DNA of 64,000 nt from the NCBI GenBank assembly GCA_965224245.1, contig OZ245046.1:5280001-5344000 (forward strand), in the 5' to 3' direction. This DNA comes from Candidatus Eiseniibacteriota bacterium (GTDB lineage: Bacteria > Eisenbacteria > RBG-16-71-46 > CAZAMP01). The notes under the pieces were generated by a model. It was given only the letters and a program-made list of their open reading frames with translations, did not search any database and was not told the origin of the DNA. Positions 28,273-37,799 of the stretch are shown in pieces. Position 1 is the first letter of the stretch. Each line of letters starts with the position of its first letter. Both the position numbers and the translations under genes were made by a program.

Positions 28273-30716
28273 GCGGCCAATCGCTCGACCGTCTCCAGGA
28301 AGGCGGCCATCGTTCGGGGACGGTCGTCGCGGTTCCTCGACATGGCCGCGGCGACGAGGTCGCTGACGTCGACGGGGAAGCCGTCGATCACCGAGGACAG
28401 GTCGGGGATGGACTTCTCCAGGTGCTGGAACAGGATCTTCACCGCGCTCTCCGCCTCGAACGGGCGGGTGCCGGAGAACATCTCGTACATCATGACGCCC
28501 AGCGAGTAGACGTCGATCCGCTCGTCGACCTCCACGTCACCCTTGATCTGCTCGGGTGCCATGTAGTGGGGCGTCCCGATCAGGATGCCGCTCTGGGTGA
28601 GCCGGGAGCCGACGTTCTGCCCCATCGACGCCAGGCCGAAGTCCACGACCTTGACCGCGTCCTCCGGCCCCAGCAGGACGTTCGGCGGCTTCACGTCCCG
28701 GTGGATGATCCCCTCCGCGTGAGCGGCCGCGAGTCCGGACGCGACCTGCCGGACGATGGGCATGCCGCGGCCGGGCGTGAGCCGCTTCTCCTGAGCCAGC
28801 ACCTTGCCCAGGTCGCGGCCCGCGAAGTACTCCATCGAGATCGCGTGCTGATCACCGATCGACAGGAGGTCGTGGATTCGGATCACGTTGCGATGCGTGA
28901 TCCGGCGAGTGAGCTTCAGCTCGCGCACGAAGCGCTGCCGCATCTGATCGTCCATCGCGATGCGGGGCGTCAGCACCTTCAGGATGAGATCCTCGTTCAC
29001 GGCCAGGTCGGTCACGAGGTAGACCCAGCCGAACCCACCGCCCCCGACCTTGCGCTTGATGCGATAGCGATCCAGCAGGAGCTCCCCGCTCTCCCACTCG
29101 GCCGCCGGGGGGACCGGGGGTGGCTCGGCGCCGGTGGAGCCGCTCGACACCCCGCCCGGGATCGGCGTTGCCTGGGTGACCGCATGCAGAACGGAGTCGG
29201 GTGAGGACGCCGCGGATGCCGTCGGAGACAGCATGGAGGGCGACGTCAACGGCGGCAGGGGTGTGCCCGTCGTCCGCGAAGGGGCCGGCGCCCGCGTGAC
29301 GGTGGGAGCCACGACGATCGGCATCACCCCTGGGGAATGCGAGGAGCGCCGCGGTGCTTTGCCCAGCGTCTCCCGGATCAGGGCCTGGCTCTCGGGCGAG
29401 ATGCGCGCCCGCGCGAGCGTGCGAAGAGCCGCCACGGCCTCGTCGCTGCCCTTCGAATCGCGAAGCGCCACCTCGCACAGCGCAGGCACCGCCCGCTCGT
29501 CGCCCAGCGCGGCCAGCGCGGTGGCCGCCAGTCCGGCCACGGACTCGTCATCCTGCAAGAGCGTCACGAGGGGCTCGACCGCCCGGGGATCGCCCGTCTT
29601 CGCCAGCGCGTCGATCGAGCGTTCACGAACCCACCAGTCCAGATCGTCGAGCGCTCCGATCAGCTTCTCGACCGCCCGCGTGTCGGGCACCGAGATCAGG
29701 ATCTCCACCGCGTACCGGCGGACGAAGTCGTCCTCGCTGTCCATGAGCTGGAGGATCGCCTCCACGACACGGTCGCCGCCGAGCGTCCCCAGTGCATCCG
29801 CCGCGCGCGAACGCACCCACCAGTCGTCGTCCTCGTTGAGCGTGCGAACCAGGTCGGTGACCGCGTCGGTCGTCGCGACGTGGTTCAACACCTCCACCGC
29901 CGCACGGCGGGCGTACTCGGACTCGTCCTTCAGCACGTCGACCAGGTGCGGGACCGCCGAGGCGTCGCCGATCTCCGTCAGCACGTCGATGGCGGCACTG
30001 TGCACCTTCAGATCGCCGTCGCGAAGCATGCGGCAGAGTGACGGAATGGACTCGGGGTTCCCGAGCACCCCGAGCGTCTGGACCGTCTCCAGGCGGAGAC
30101 GCGAGTCCCGGGCGTCCAGCATCGGCAGCAGCGCGGCCGCGTTGCCGGCCGTCCCGATCTGGCCGATCAGGCGAACGACCTGGGGCAGGAGCCAGGGGTC
30201 GTTGCTCTCGAGCAGCCCCATCAGGCAGTCGATCGCGGCGGCGTCGCCGCGGATGCTCAGGAGGCGGAGCATCAGCCCCTGGATCGGGCGATCGCCGGCC
30301 GTGAGGTGCTCGAGCAGCACGGGCGTCGGGAACTCCGTCGCGCGCGCCTCGATGATCGACTCGAGACGGCGCCGGCCGCGCTTCGCCGTGCGCATGGCGT
30401 CGATCAGCGCCGACACCTCGAACGCCTGTGACTCCCGGAGGATCTCCTCGACCGCGTCGGCGATGCGGGTCTTGGGGGAGCCGAGAGCGTCGAGGTAGGC
30501 GTCCAGGCTGTCCGGGCCGAGGATCCGGGTCAGGACGTCGCGGGCCGCGTCACGGCCGGACCGGCTGTCGAGAAGCGGGAACAGCTCGTCGAGGACGCCG
30601 GCGCCCATCTCGACCAGACGCGTCTTGGCGTCGGACAGCGCGGTGGCATCCGCCCGGTCTCCGAGCTTGAGCACCTTCATGTGCCGGCTGGCGACGAGAC
30701 GCCGCACGATACCCAT
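28269..30716 (-). CDS. HEAT-repeat + Hanks-type Ser/Thr protein kinase
   Basis: ~8 HEAT-like repeats (LGVLGNPESIPSL, DWWVRSRAADALG), Pro/Ser linker, GGGGFGWVY, ILK, HRDVKPPN, DFG, GTPHYMAPE, DVYSLG; no TM seen. Confidence 0.93.
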   Translation of the reverse strand: MGIVRRLVASRHMKVLKLGDRADATALSDAKTRLVEMGAGVLDELFPLLDSRSGRDAARDVLTRILGPDSLDAYLDALGSPKTRIADAVEEILRESQAFEVSALIDAMRTAKRGRRRLESIIEARATEFPTPVLLEHLTAGDRPIQGLMLRLLSIRGDAAAIDCLMGLLESNDPWLLPQVVRLIGQIGTAGNAAALLPMLDARDSRLRLETVQTLGVLGNPESIPSLCRMLRDGDLKVHSAAIDVLTEIGDASAVPHLVDVLKDESEYARRAAVEVLNHVATTDAVTDLVRTLNEDDDWWVRSRAADALGTLGGDRVVEAILQLMDSEDDFVRRYAVEILISVPDTRAVEKLIGALDDLDWWVRERSIDALAKTGDPRAVEPLVTLLQDDESVAGLAATALAALGDERAVPALCEVALRDSKGSDEAVAALRTLARARISPESQALIRETLGKAPRRSSHSPGVMPIVVAPTVTRAPAPSRTTGTPLPPLTSPSMLSPTASAASSPDSVLHAVTQATPIPGGVSSGSTGAEPPPVPPAAEWESGELLLDRYRIKRKVGGGGFGWVYLVTDLAVNEDLILKVLTPRIAMDDQMRQRFVRELKLTRRITHRNVIRIHDLLSIGDQHAISMEYFAGRDLGKVLAQEKRLTPGRGMPIVRQVASGLAAAHAEGIIHRDVKPPNVLLGPEDAVKVVDFGLASMGQNVGSRLTQSGILIGTPHYMAPEQIKGDVEVDERIDVYSLGVMMYEMFSGTRPFEAESAVKILFQHLEKSIPDLSSVIDGFPVDVSDLVAAAMSRNRDDRPRTMAAFLETVERLAA

Positions 30717-30860
30717 GTGGCCGATCCTGTGTCCCGGCCCCCGCGCCGGTCGGAGGACGTTTGGAGTTCCCGCTCCCTCCAATCATCGACCGGGATCCCA
30801 TGCGTGTTTAGGCGAGATGCGCTATGTCCATGGGAAACTAGGCCGATGCGACGAGAGGGT

Positions 30861-31427
30861 CTAGAGGAGCCGTCCGAGAAGGAGGCTCAGCAAGACCCCC
30901 GCGACCATGGCCGACACCCCGACGATGATCAGCGTTCGGCGAGCGTGCGGCGCCTCGGACTCCTCGGGCGCCGCCTTGGCATTCGTCACGAGCCGGAGCG
31001 CCGCCTGGGCCTCCTCGGCCTTGGACGACTCGATCACACGGGCCAGCTGATCGCGCGAGAGGACGGTCGTGCCCTCGACCGCGGTCGTCGGCGCGTGGCT
31101 CTCGCCGTGATCGGCCGCCCGCTTGTCGGTCAGCGAGATCGACAGCGAGAACTTGCCCACACGGATCACGTCGTCATCGGAGACGTGGTCGCGCGACAGC
31201 GGTTCGTCGTTCAGATAGGTCCCGTTGGCGGATCCGAGGTCCTTGACGACGTATCCGGCCGACGTCCACTCGAACTCCAGGTGGTTGCGCGAGACCCCGG
31301 GGTTGTCGAGGACGACGTCGGACTCGGGGTCACGCCCGACCGAAACACACTCCGAGGTGAAGCTATACGTCCGGAGCGCGCGGCCCTTCAGCGACACCTG
31401 GATCATGAGGAAGCGACTGTCCGGCAT
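30861..31427 (-). CDS. FHA domain protein with C-terminal transmembrane anchor
   Basis: VGR..DVVL..VSRNH..KDLGSANGTYLN; C-terminal hydrophobic helix. Confidence 0.92.
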   Translation of the reverse strand: MPDSRFLMIQVSLKGRALRTYSFTSECVSVGRDPESDVVLDNPGVSRNHLEFEWTSAGYVVKDLGSANGTYLNDEPLSRDHVSDDDVIRVGKFSLSISLTDKRAADHGESHAPTTAVEGTTVLSRDQLARVIESSKAEEAQAALRLVTNAKAAPEESEAPHARRTLIIVGVSAMVAGVLLSLLLGRLL

Positions 31428-31697
31428 TGGAAGTCCTCGAAAGGGTGTTGTCACAGCTACCACTCGGACACCGACGGTTACGGATCTCGACGCATGTAAT
31501 GATCGGCACGAAAAGACGCGTTTGTAGACTCTTCCGAACCGGTTGAGGTCAGCCCTGCGGGGTGCCCAGCAATCTGAGGTTCGGATCGACAGAAATCTGA
31601 TGAACCGGCCCCCGGCGGTACGGGCGAGGGGTGCCCGTGTGGGGCATAACGTGCTCGGGTGCAACCTCTTGTAGGGGAAGGCGGGAGTCCCCGCCAC

Positions 31698-31714
31698 CTG
31701 GCACGAAGCGTGCG
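31698..31714 (+). promoter_or_regulatory. Putative sigma54 (-24/-12) promoter
   Basis: CTGGCACGAAGCGTGCG: TGGCACG with exact GG-N10-GC spacing. Confidence 0.55.
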
Positions 31715-31850
31715 ACCGGATGAGGTCGACCGACGGCGAACATGATTGAGGCGTGCGTCGCGAGCGTTTCTTCTCCGTTTCTCATCCAGCGACGCCGTCT
31801 TTTCTTGCCGCTCCGATGCCCGTCTCCGGCGGTAGCGGAGACCGGCCATG

Positions 31851-31906
31851 GACCCTGGACCGCTGCCTCCGAGGAAATCCATCCATAGGCGGTCCGGGGT
31901 CTTTTT
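31851..31906 (+). terminator. Intrinsic terminator-like hairpin
   Basis: GACCCTGGACCGC...GCGGTCCGGGGTC followed by TTTTT; a second hairpin GTCTCCG..CGGAGAC at ~31822-31842. Confidence 0.6.
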
Positions 31907-32053
31907 CTGTGCCCGGTCCGGAGCCGCACGGTCCCCGAGCCCGGCGATCCCCCGAGTTTGAACCGCCTCACGCCCTTTGTTATCGTTCCGGCCGCCTTCG
32001 CAACCCGCGGCGCACCGGTCGCGCCACGAGAGTCCCGGGCAAGACGAGGTGTC

Positions 32054-32374
32054 ATGAGCCAGAAGGGCTCGCGCTCGATCACGGCACTGGTGGCGATCCC
32101 GATCGTGATCGCGCTGTGCTGGGTTGTCCCACGCCTGATCGTGGGCTGGATCGGCCTCGACGGGCACTGGGCACCGTACCTCTACCAGTACCTCCTCGGC
32201 GGGCTGATCTTCGTGATCGGGCTCTGGGTCATCCGGCGGAGCGGCGCCTGCGACTTCGACCGACCCGGCGATCGACGCTGGTTCGGATACCTCGTCTTCG
32301 GATACTTCAGCTACGCCGCCCTGCACGGTGTCGTGTTCTGGCTGGCGGAAGCCGTGCCGTTCAAGGGGCCGTGA
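32054..32374 (+). CDS. Small membrane protein (3 predicted TM) preceding the symporter
   Basis: GAGGT RBS; three hydrophobic segments; ends 2 nt before the symporter ATG. Confidence 0.75.
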   Translation: MSQKGSRSITALVAIPIVIALCWVVPRLIVGWIGLDGHWAPYLYQYLLGGLIFVIGLWVIRRSGACDFDRPGDRRWFGYLVFGYFSYAALHGVVFWLAEAVPFKGP

Positions 32375-32376
32375 CG

Positions 32377-34368
32377 ATGGCGTCCTTCCGGGATCTCCTC
32401 GGCCGCGCAGCCACGCCGGGGGCGCTCGCGGCGCTCGCCACGCTCGCACCGGCGATGGCGCGGGCGGCCGAGAGCGGCGAGTTCGAGATCGCGCTTCCTT
32501 CGGCCGCTCAGGGCATCGTGCTCGTCATCTGCATCGTGTACTTCATCGCGGTCCTGGCCTTCGGCGCCGTGTTCGGCCGCTTCTCGAAGGACACGCACGA
32601 CTTCTTCTACTCCGGTCAGCGCTTTCCGTGGTGGCTCGTGACGGCGTCCATGATCGCCACCGGCATCGGCTCCTACTCGTTCCTGAAGTACTCCGAGGCC
32701 GGCTTCAACAACGGTCTGGGATCCACGGCGACCTACATGAACGACTGGTTCGTGATGCCGTTCTTCATGTTCGGGTGGCTGCCGATCATCTACTTCTCGC
32801 GCGTTCGATCCATCCCCGAGTACTTCGAGCGACGGTTCAACTGGGTCGCGCGATACCTCGCGGTCACGATCATCCTGGCGTACATGCTCTTCTACATCGG
32901 ATACAACCTGTTCACGATCGCGGTGGCGATCCAGGGGATCACCGGGGTCGGGATCTGGATCCCCGTGCTCGTGTGTACGGTGATCATCGGATTCTACGTG
33001 ACGTTCGGCGGACAGACGGCCGTGATCTTCACCGACCTCGTGCAAGGCGTCATGCTGTATGCCGCCGGCGCGGCGGTGCTGATCGCCGGCATCATCTGGC
33101 TGGGCGGTCCGGGCGAGTTCTGGGGCTGGCTGCCCGTCGAGTTCCGCAATCCGCTCCCACACATCAACGAGCAGGCGCGCTTCTCGACGGCCAACAACTT
33201 CTGGGGCGAGGGGATCGCCGGCTCGATCGCGTTCACGTTCATGAACCAGGGCTTCATCATGCGCTACCTGGCAGTGAAGTCCGTCAGCGAGGGGCGCAAG
33301 GCGGCCGTCGCGAACGTGGTGTTTCTCTTGCCCATCTCGGCCGTCGTCGTGGGATGCGCCGGGTGGATCGGGCGCGCGATGATCACCAAGGGCGCGGCCA
33401 CCGGGAACGTCCCGTTCGAGCTGCACGACACGTATCACGCGTTCACGACGGTGCTGTGGACGGTCATGAACCACAACCCGTACGTGTTCGGGTTCATCAT
33501 GGCCGCTCTCCTGGCGGCGCTGATGTCCACCGTCGACACCCTGATCAACGCGTGCGCGGCGATCGGGGTGAACGATCTCTACCGGCCGTTCGCGAAAAAC
33601 CACACCGAGAAGCACTACCTGCGCGCGGCTCGCGTGGTCAGCATGCTGGCCACGGGGGTGGGGCTGCTGCTGGTCTATCTCTTCACGACGATGAAGGACG
33701 ACCTGTTCAATCTCCACTACAAGGGGGTCATGGTGATCATCCCCGCGATGGTCACCGCGATCTTCCTCGGTGCGTTCTGGCCCCGATTCAACCGGTGGGG
33801 GGCCACCATCGGCATGATCGGCGGCAGCGCGTTGAACGTGATCACGGCGCTCTATTGGCAGGAGTCGCTCGTGGATCCCCTGAGTCGGTTCGTGCTGGCG
33901 TATCCGGCGGACGGTGCGCCGAACCACTCGCTGTTTCAGGGACTGTTCGGCGTGCTCGCGACCGCCGTGATCGGCATCGGGGTGACGCTCCTGACGCCGC
34001 CGGATCCCGAGAGCAAGACCGAGGGTCTGACGGCCTTCTCGATCGGCGAGGCGATGCGACGCTTCAAGGGCGGTCTGCCCAACCTGCGACGCGGTGAGAA
34101 GAGCGTGATCTCCGGGCTGGCGCTCGCGAAGGACGACTCGGTCGGAGGGTGCGTGAGGTTGCCCGCGCCCGCGATGGCGGAGCTGGCCATCGAGGAGGGA
34201 GATCTCGTCTACGTCGCCGACGCGCGCTGGTATCTCGGCGGACTGCGGTCGGTTCAGCTTCACGCGGGCCCCGCCACCCCGGGCGAGGCGGTGCTGATGG
34301 ACGAGGCGAGCGTCGAGAAGGGCTCTCTGTTCCTGAACCGGCCGTGTCGCGTCGAGAAGATCTTCTGA
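32377..34368 (+). CDS. Sodium:solute symporter (SSS/SLC5 family)
   Basis: DFFYSGQRFPWW..ASMIATGIGS, SIPEYFERRF, GGQTAVIFTDLVQG, RYLAVKS, AALLAALMSTVD; soluble C-terminal extension. Confidence 0.93.
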   Translation: MASFRDLLGRAATPGALAALATLAPAMARAAESGEFEIALPSAAQGIVLVICIVYFIAVLAFGAVFGRFSKDTHDFFYSGQRFPWWLVTASMIATGIGSYSFLKYSEAGFNNGLGSTATYMNDWFVMPFFMFGWLPIIYFSRVRSIPEYFERRFNWVARYLAVTIILAYMLFYIGYNLFTIAVAIQGITGVGIWIPVLVCTVIIGFYVTFGGQTAVIFTDLVQGVMLYAAGAAVLIAGIIWLGGPGEFWGWLPVEFRNPLPHINEQARFSTANNFWGEGIAGSIAFTFMNQGFIMRYLAVKSVSEGRKAAVANVVFLLPISAVVVGCAGWIGRAMITKGAATGNVPFELHDTYHAFTTVLWTVMNHNPYVFGFIMAALLAALMSTVDTLINACAAIGVNDLYRPFAKNHTEKHYLRAARVVSMLATGVGLLLVYLFTTMKDDLFNLHYKGVMVIIPAMVTAIFLGAFWPRFNRWGATIGMIGGSALNVITALYWQESLVDPLSRFVLAYPADGAPNHSLFQGLFGVLATAVIGIGVTLLTPPDPESKTEGLTAFSIGEAMRRFKGGLPNLRRGEKSVISGLALAKDDSVGGCVRLPAPAMAELAIEEGDLVYVADARWYLGGLRSVQLHAGPATPGEAVLMDEASVEKGSLFLNRPCRVEKIF

Positions 34369-34416
34369 CCCGGATCGCCCGACGCCCCCGGGCCACCACC
34401 GCCGGTCCTCTCCCGG

Positions 34417-35601
34417 CTAGTCCGGGCGCTGCCTCGCCTCCCGCACGCCACGCGCATACTCGTTCCAGGCCGCGGTCATCTCGCGCCGCATGGCGTCGGC
34501 CTCCTGGGTGTGACCGAGCCGCTCGGAGAGGTCCGCGCAGCGAAGCTTGTACGCCGGCCGCGCCGGATCCAGGCGTACCGCCGCGTGAGAGGCCAGGAGC
34601 GGGATGCGCGTCAGGCCCTGGGCCTCGAGCGCTCCGGCCCGGGAGTCGAGCTCGACGGCCACGCGGTCTCCTGGGAACGCCACGGCGAATGCGATCGTCG
34701 CGACGAGGAGGGCGGCCGCGAACCAGTCGCTGCCGGCGCTCTCGGCGTTCGGCCGGAACCGCGCCTCGCGGATCCCGTCGAGCGCCTGCACGAAGAGCCA
34801 CAACGCGAGCGTCGCGAAGAGGCCGCACGCGATGAGCATCGCCAGCTCCATGTGGTCGGGCGCCACCACCGGGCGAGCCGCCTCGTGGTTGAGCGTCCAC
34901 AGCCACGGCAACATCGCGAGCACCGAGCCGATCCCGACGAACGGACCGACCGCGAACGCCGTCAACGCCGCGCGCCGCGTGCGATGCATCAGGAAGAGCC
35001 CCGAGCCGGGAATCAGGAACCCGAGCGCACCGACCATCACCGATCGCCGGAGCAGCCGGGGTGTCACCTGGCGCGACCAGAGCACCTCCTCGGCCGTGAA
35101 CAGAACGGCGCGCGCCGCCGCCACCCCCGCCAGACACGTGACCACGAGCGCGATCAGCGGTGCCACGAGAACCAGGCGCGCATCCTCGGCGGTGGGCCTG
35201 AAGCCGGTGATCAGTAGCGACAGCACGCCCACGGTGCCGACGGTGCCCGCGATCGAGACGGACATCCACACGCGATGCCGCCGGCCGGCGCCGGTCACGA
35301 GCACGCCGAGGGGGCCGGTCAGGAACGTGGCCGCGATGACGAGCATCGCCCGGCGAATCGAGACCGACAGCTGGGAGGTCTTTCGCGCGGACGTGCGGGC
35401 GCCCGTCGACGCGGCGCCCGGCTCGACCCGTCCTCGTGAGCTCGTGGGCGGAGGCACCAGCGTCGGCATGCGCGACGACGATGGCGGCACGACTGCGTGC
35501 GCCCGCCCGGCGTTCGACGCTCGGCTCTGGCGCATCGGGCGTGCGCCCGCGCCGTCGCCGTCGTCGATGACCCAGACTTTCCCTTTCCTGGGATCGCTCA
35601 C
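34417..35601 (-). CDS. Hypothetical multi-pass membrane protein with TPR-like C-terminus
   Basis: AAAGGAG RBS + GTG; low-complexity N-terminus, ~7 TM helices, helical tail AVRLDPARPAY. Confidence 0.65.
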   Translation of the reverse strand: MSDPRKGKVWVIDDGDGAGARPMRQSRASNAGRAHAVVPPSSSRMPTLVPPPTSSRGRVEPGAASTGARTSARKTSQLSVSIRRAMLVIAATFLTGPLGVLVTGAGRRHRVWMSVSIAGTVGTVGVLSLLITGFRPTAEDARLVLVAPLIALVVTCLAGVAAARAVLFTAEEVLWSRQVTPRLLRRSVMVGALGFLIPGSGLFLMHRTRRAALTAFAVGPFVGIGSVLAMLPWLWTLNHEAARPVVAPDHMELAMLIACGLFATLALWLFVQALDGIREARFRPNAESAGSDWFAAALLVATIAFAVAFPGDRVAVELDSRAGALEAQGLTRIPLLASHAAVRLDPARPAYKLRCADLSERLGHTQEADAMRREMTAAWNEYARGVREARQRPD

Positions 35602-35840
35602 GACGTCTCCTTTCGACCGCTCGGTTTCTGCACGACGACCCACGCAGCTTTGATGCCACCGTCGCCGTACGCTCTCCGGGACGCAATGCGGACAGGGGGT
35701 TACGAGGTTCGGCGGCGGTTTCCCGGTGGCTCTGGAGAGCCAGCGCCGCGTCGACCATCGAGGCGGGTTGCGACGGTGCGTTGCAAAAGGCGAGTGCGAG
35801 CCCCGGGGCGCCGCGGCCGGAGGGGCCGCGGTGGATGACG

Positions 35841-36305
35841 TCAGCCGCCGTCCGCGTCGCTGGATTCATCCGTGGGTGTGTCCGCGGCGTGCGCGCGCAG
35901 CCGAACGAGCGTCGCGCCCCAGCCCCCACGCGTGTGATCGGCGAGTCGATACGATCGCACCGCCGGGTGCCCGTCCAGCAGCGCATGAACGATGCGGCGC
36001 TGCACGCCCTTGCCCTTTCCGTGGACGACACGCACCTCGTCGTATCCGAGGCGTCGCGCCTCGTGGAGGTAGGTGTCGACGAGGTCCCTGATCTCGCGGG
36101 GGTCGAACGCATGAAGGTCGATCTCGTCCCCGATCGGCAGATCGACGACCGGCGGCTCGACGTCCTCGGGCGCCTCGGAGGATGCGAAGGGGTCACGTCG
36201 CGACGCGCCGGCGGCTTCCGATCGGGTGCCGTCGCGCCGACCCTCGGGGCGGATCCACCCCAGGCGCTCGAGCATTGCTCCGATCGTACGCCTCACATCC
36301 ATCAC
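35841..36305 (-). CDS. Smr/MutS2 C-terminal domain protein
   Basis: EIDLHAF..VRVVHGKGKGVQR..GGWGATLV. Confidence 0.9.
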   Translation of the reverse strand: MMDVRRTIGAMLERLGWIRPEGRRDGTRSEAAGASRRDPFASSEAPEDVEPPVVDLPIGDEIDLHAFDPREIRDLVDTYLHEARRLGYDEVRVVHGKGKGVQRRIVHALLDGHPAVRSYRLADHTRGGWGATLVRLRAHAADTPTDESSDADGG

Positions 36306-36513
36306 CCTCTCCTGGACATCGTTGTCCGACCCGCGCCAACTCTACATGATGTGCACCGGCACCCAGCGGCTCGGCGATCAAAGACGCACACGGCCCGGCG
36401 ACGGCGAACACGCTCAGCCGGATCGGGCCGCCGGCCCGGGAGTCGTCGATCGGGTATCATGGGAGCGGCCGAACGCTGGAGCACTTACGCCACTCTCGAG
36501 GCCCCGGAGCATC

Positions 36514-37086
36514 ATGTCCGACTCACGTCGTCTGGGTGATCCCACATCCCATCAGCCGGGCCACGATTTCTCGTTCAGCTATCGCGTGCCCCAGGGGGAC
36601 TCGCGCGATCGACTGGTGTGCGATCGCTGCGACTGGGTCCACTACGTCAACCCCGTCATCATCGTCGGCAGCGTGGTGACCCGGGGCGACGAGGTCCTGT
36701 TGTGCCGGCGCGCGATCGAGCCGCGGCGCGGCTACTGGACGATCCCGGCGGGGTTTCTGGAGGAGGGCGAGAGCTCGGAGGAGGGTGCCAGGCGTGAGGC
36801 CATGGAGGAGGCCAGCGCCGAGATCGAGCTGGACGCGATCCTCGCCGTGTACGACATCCCGCGGATCAGCCAGGTGCAGATCATGTTTCGCGGCACGCTC
36901 GTCTCGGACGACGTCCACCCCGGACCCGAAAGCGAGGTCGTCGAACTGTTTCCCTTCGAGCACATCCCCTGGGACGACCTCGCGTTCCCGAGCGTGGGGT
37001 GGGCGCTCGAGCACCATCGCCGGGTGGTGGGAGTCCGGAGCTTTCCGCCGTTCCGGACGCCCGAGACGTTCGACCCGCGCCCGTAG
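36514..37086 (+). CDS. NUDIX hydrolase with N-terminal Nudix_N-like region
   Basis: RLVCDRCDWVHYVNP, LLCRRAIEPRRGYWTIPAGFLEEGESSEEGARREAMEE (Nudix box), IPWDDLAFPS. Confidence 0.92.
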   Translation: MSDSRRLGDPTSHQPGHDFSFSYRVPQGDSRDRLVCDRCDWVHYVNPVIIVGSVVTRGDEVLLCRRAIEPRRGYWTIPAGFLEEGESSEEGARREAMEEASAEIELDAILAVYDIPRISQVQIMFRGTLVSDDVHPGPESEVVELFPFEHIPWDDLAFPSVGWALEHHRRVVGVRSFPPFRTPETFDPRP

Positions 37087-37219
37087 CCGCCGCCCGCCAT
37101 CCTCGGTCCTCTTGCCCCGCACGCGCCACCATGACCGACCTTATCGCCGTGTTTCGACCATAACGTCGAAACACGGCGCGAGGGCCCCTCGGTGCCTCGT
37201 GGACTCGACGATCATCAAG

Positions 37220-37284
37220 TTGCTTTATTAAAGCAATTTATGTGATTGTGCGACCTGCGGCAAGTCTCTGGCACTACCGATGCA
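37220..37284 (+). promoter_or_regulatory. AT-rich palindrome plus putative sigma54 promoter
   Basis: TTGCTTT-ATT-AAAGCAA at 37220-37236; TGGCACTACCGATGCA at 37269-37284 (GG-N10-GC). Confidence 0.55.
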
Positions 37285-37363
37285 TTGGAGATCCGGATAG
37301 TTCGACGAAATTCGTCGGACGCCGACTTCATCGTCGATCTCGACGGCAAACGGAGGTGCTGAC

Positions 37364-37627
37364 ATGAAGACCCTGAAGCTTCACCGGATGGCGCTGGCGG
37401 CGGCTTCGCTGGCGATGGTCGCGAGCGCGGCGAATGCGATCCCCGAGAACGGTCTCGGTGGCCTCACCTGCTGCGCCGAGGATCTGCCGTACGAGGTTCT
37501 CGACCCCTACACCGATGACGTCGACGGCAGCTGGTACCGCGACGCGGGGTCGGACGGCGAGGCCGAGGTGGTCGGCGGCGGCGGTGGCGACGTCGCCGAG
37601 CCCCCGAACTCCTCCACGGGCGGCTAG
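37364..37627 (+). CDS. Small secreted acidic protein (87 aa) of unknown function
   Basis: GGAGGT RBS; signal peptide ending AANA; mature part with CC and a D/E/G-rich tail. Confidence 0.7.
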   Translation: MKTLKLHRMALAAASLAMVASAANAIPENGLGGLTCCAEDLPYEVLDPYTDDVDGSWYRDAGSDGEAEVVGGGGGDVAEPPNSSTGG

Positions 37628-37799
37628 GCGCGCCGGAGATGTGGGCCCCCCCCCGGGTGCCGGGGTCGGCTCCGCTGCGTGCCCGCGGTAGCCGGCTCCG
37701 GCCACCCCGTTTCCCCGGGGTCGTCGACCCCCCACCATCGATAATGACGGTCGTCCTCGAGCGCGATCGGGAGACGCATGGTGAAGCCCTCCGGGATGC

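Noticed and set aside
2768-37086. Macro domain + NUDIX as a toxin-antitoxin or ADP-ribosylation module
   Set aside because: They are 33 kb apart, no ADP-ribosyltransferase or sirtuin is adjacent, and both look like stand-alone housekeeping enzymes.
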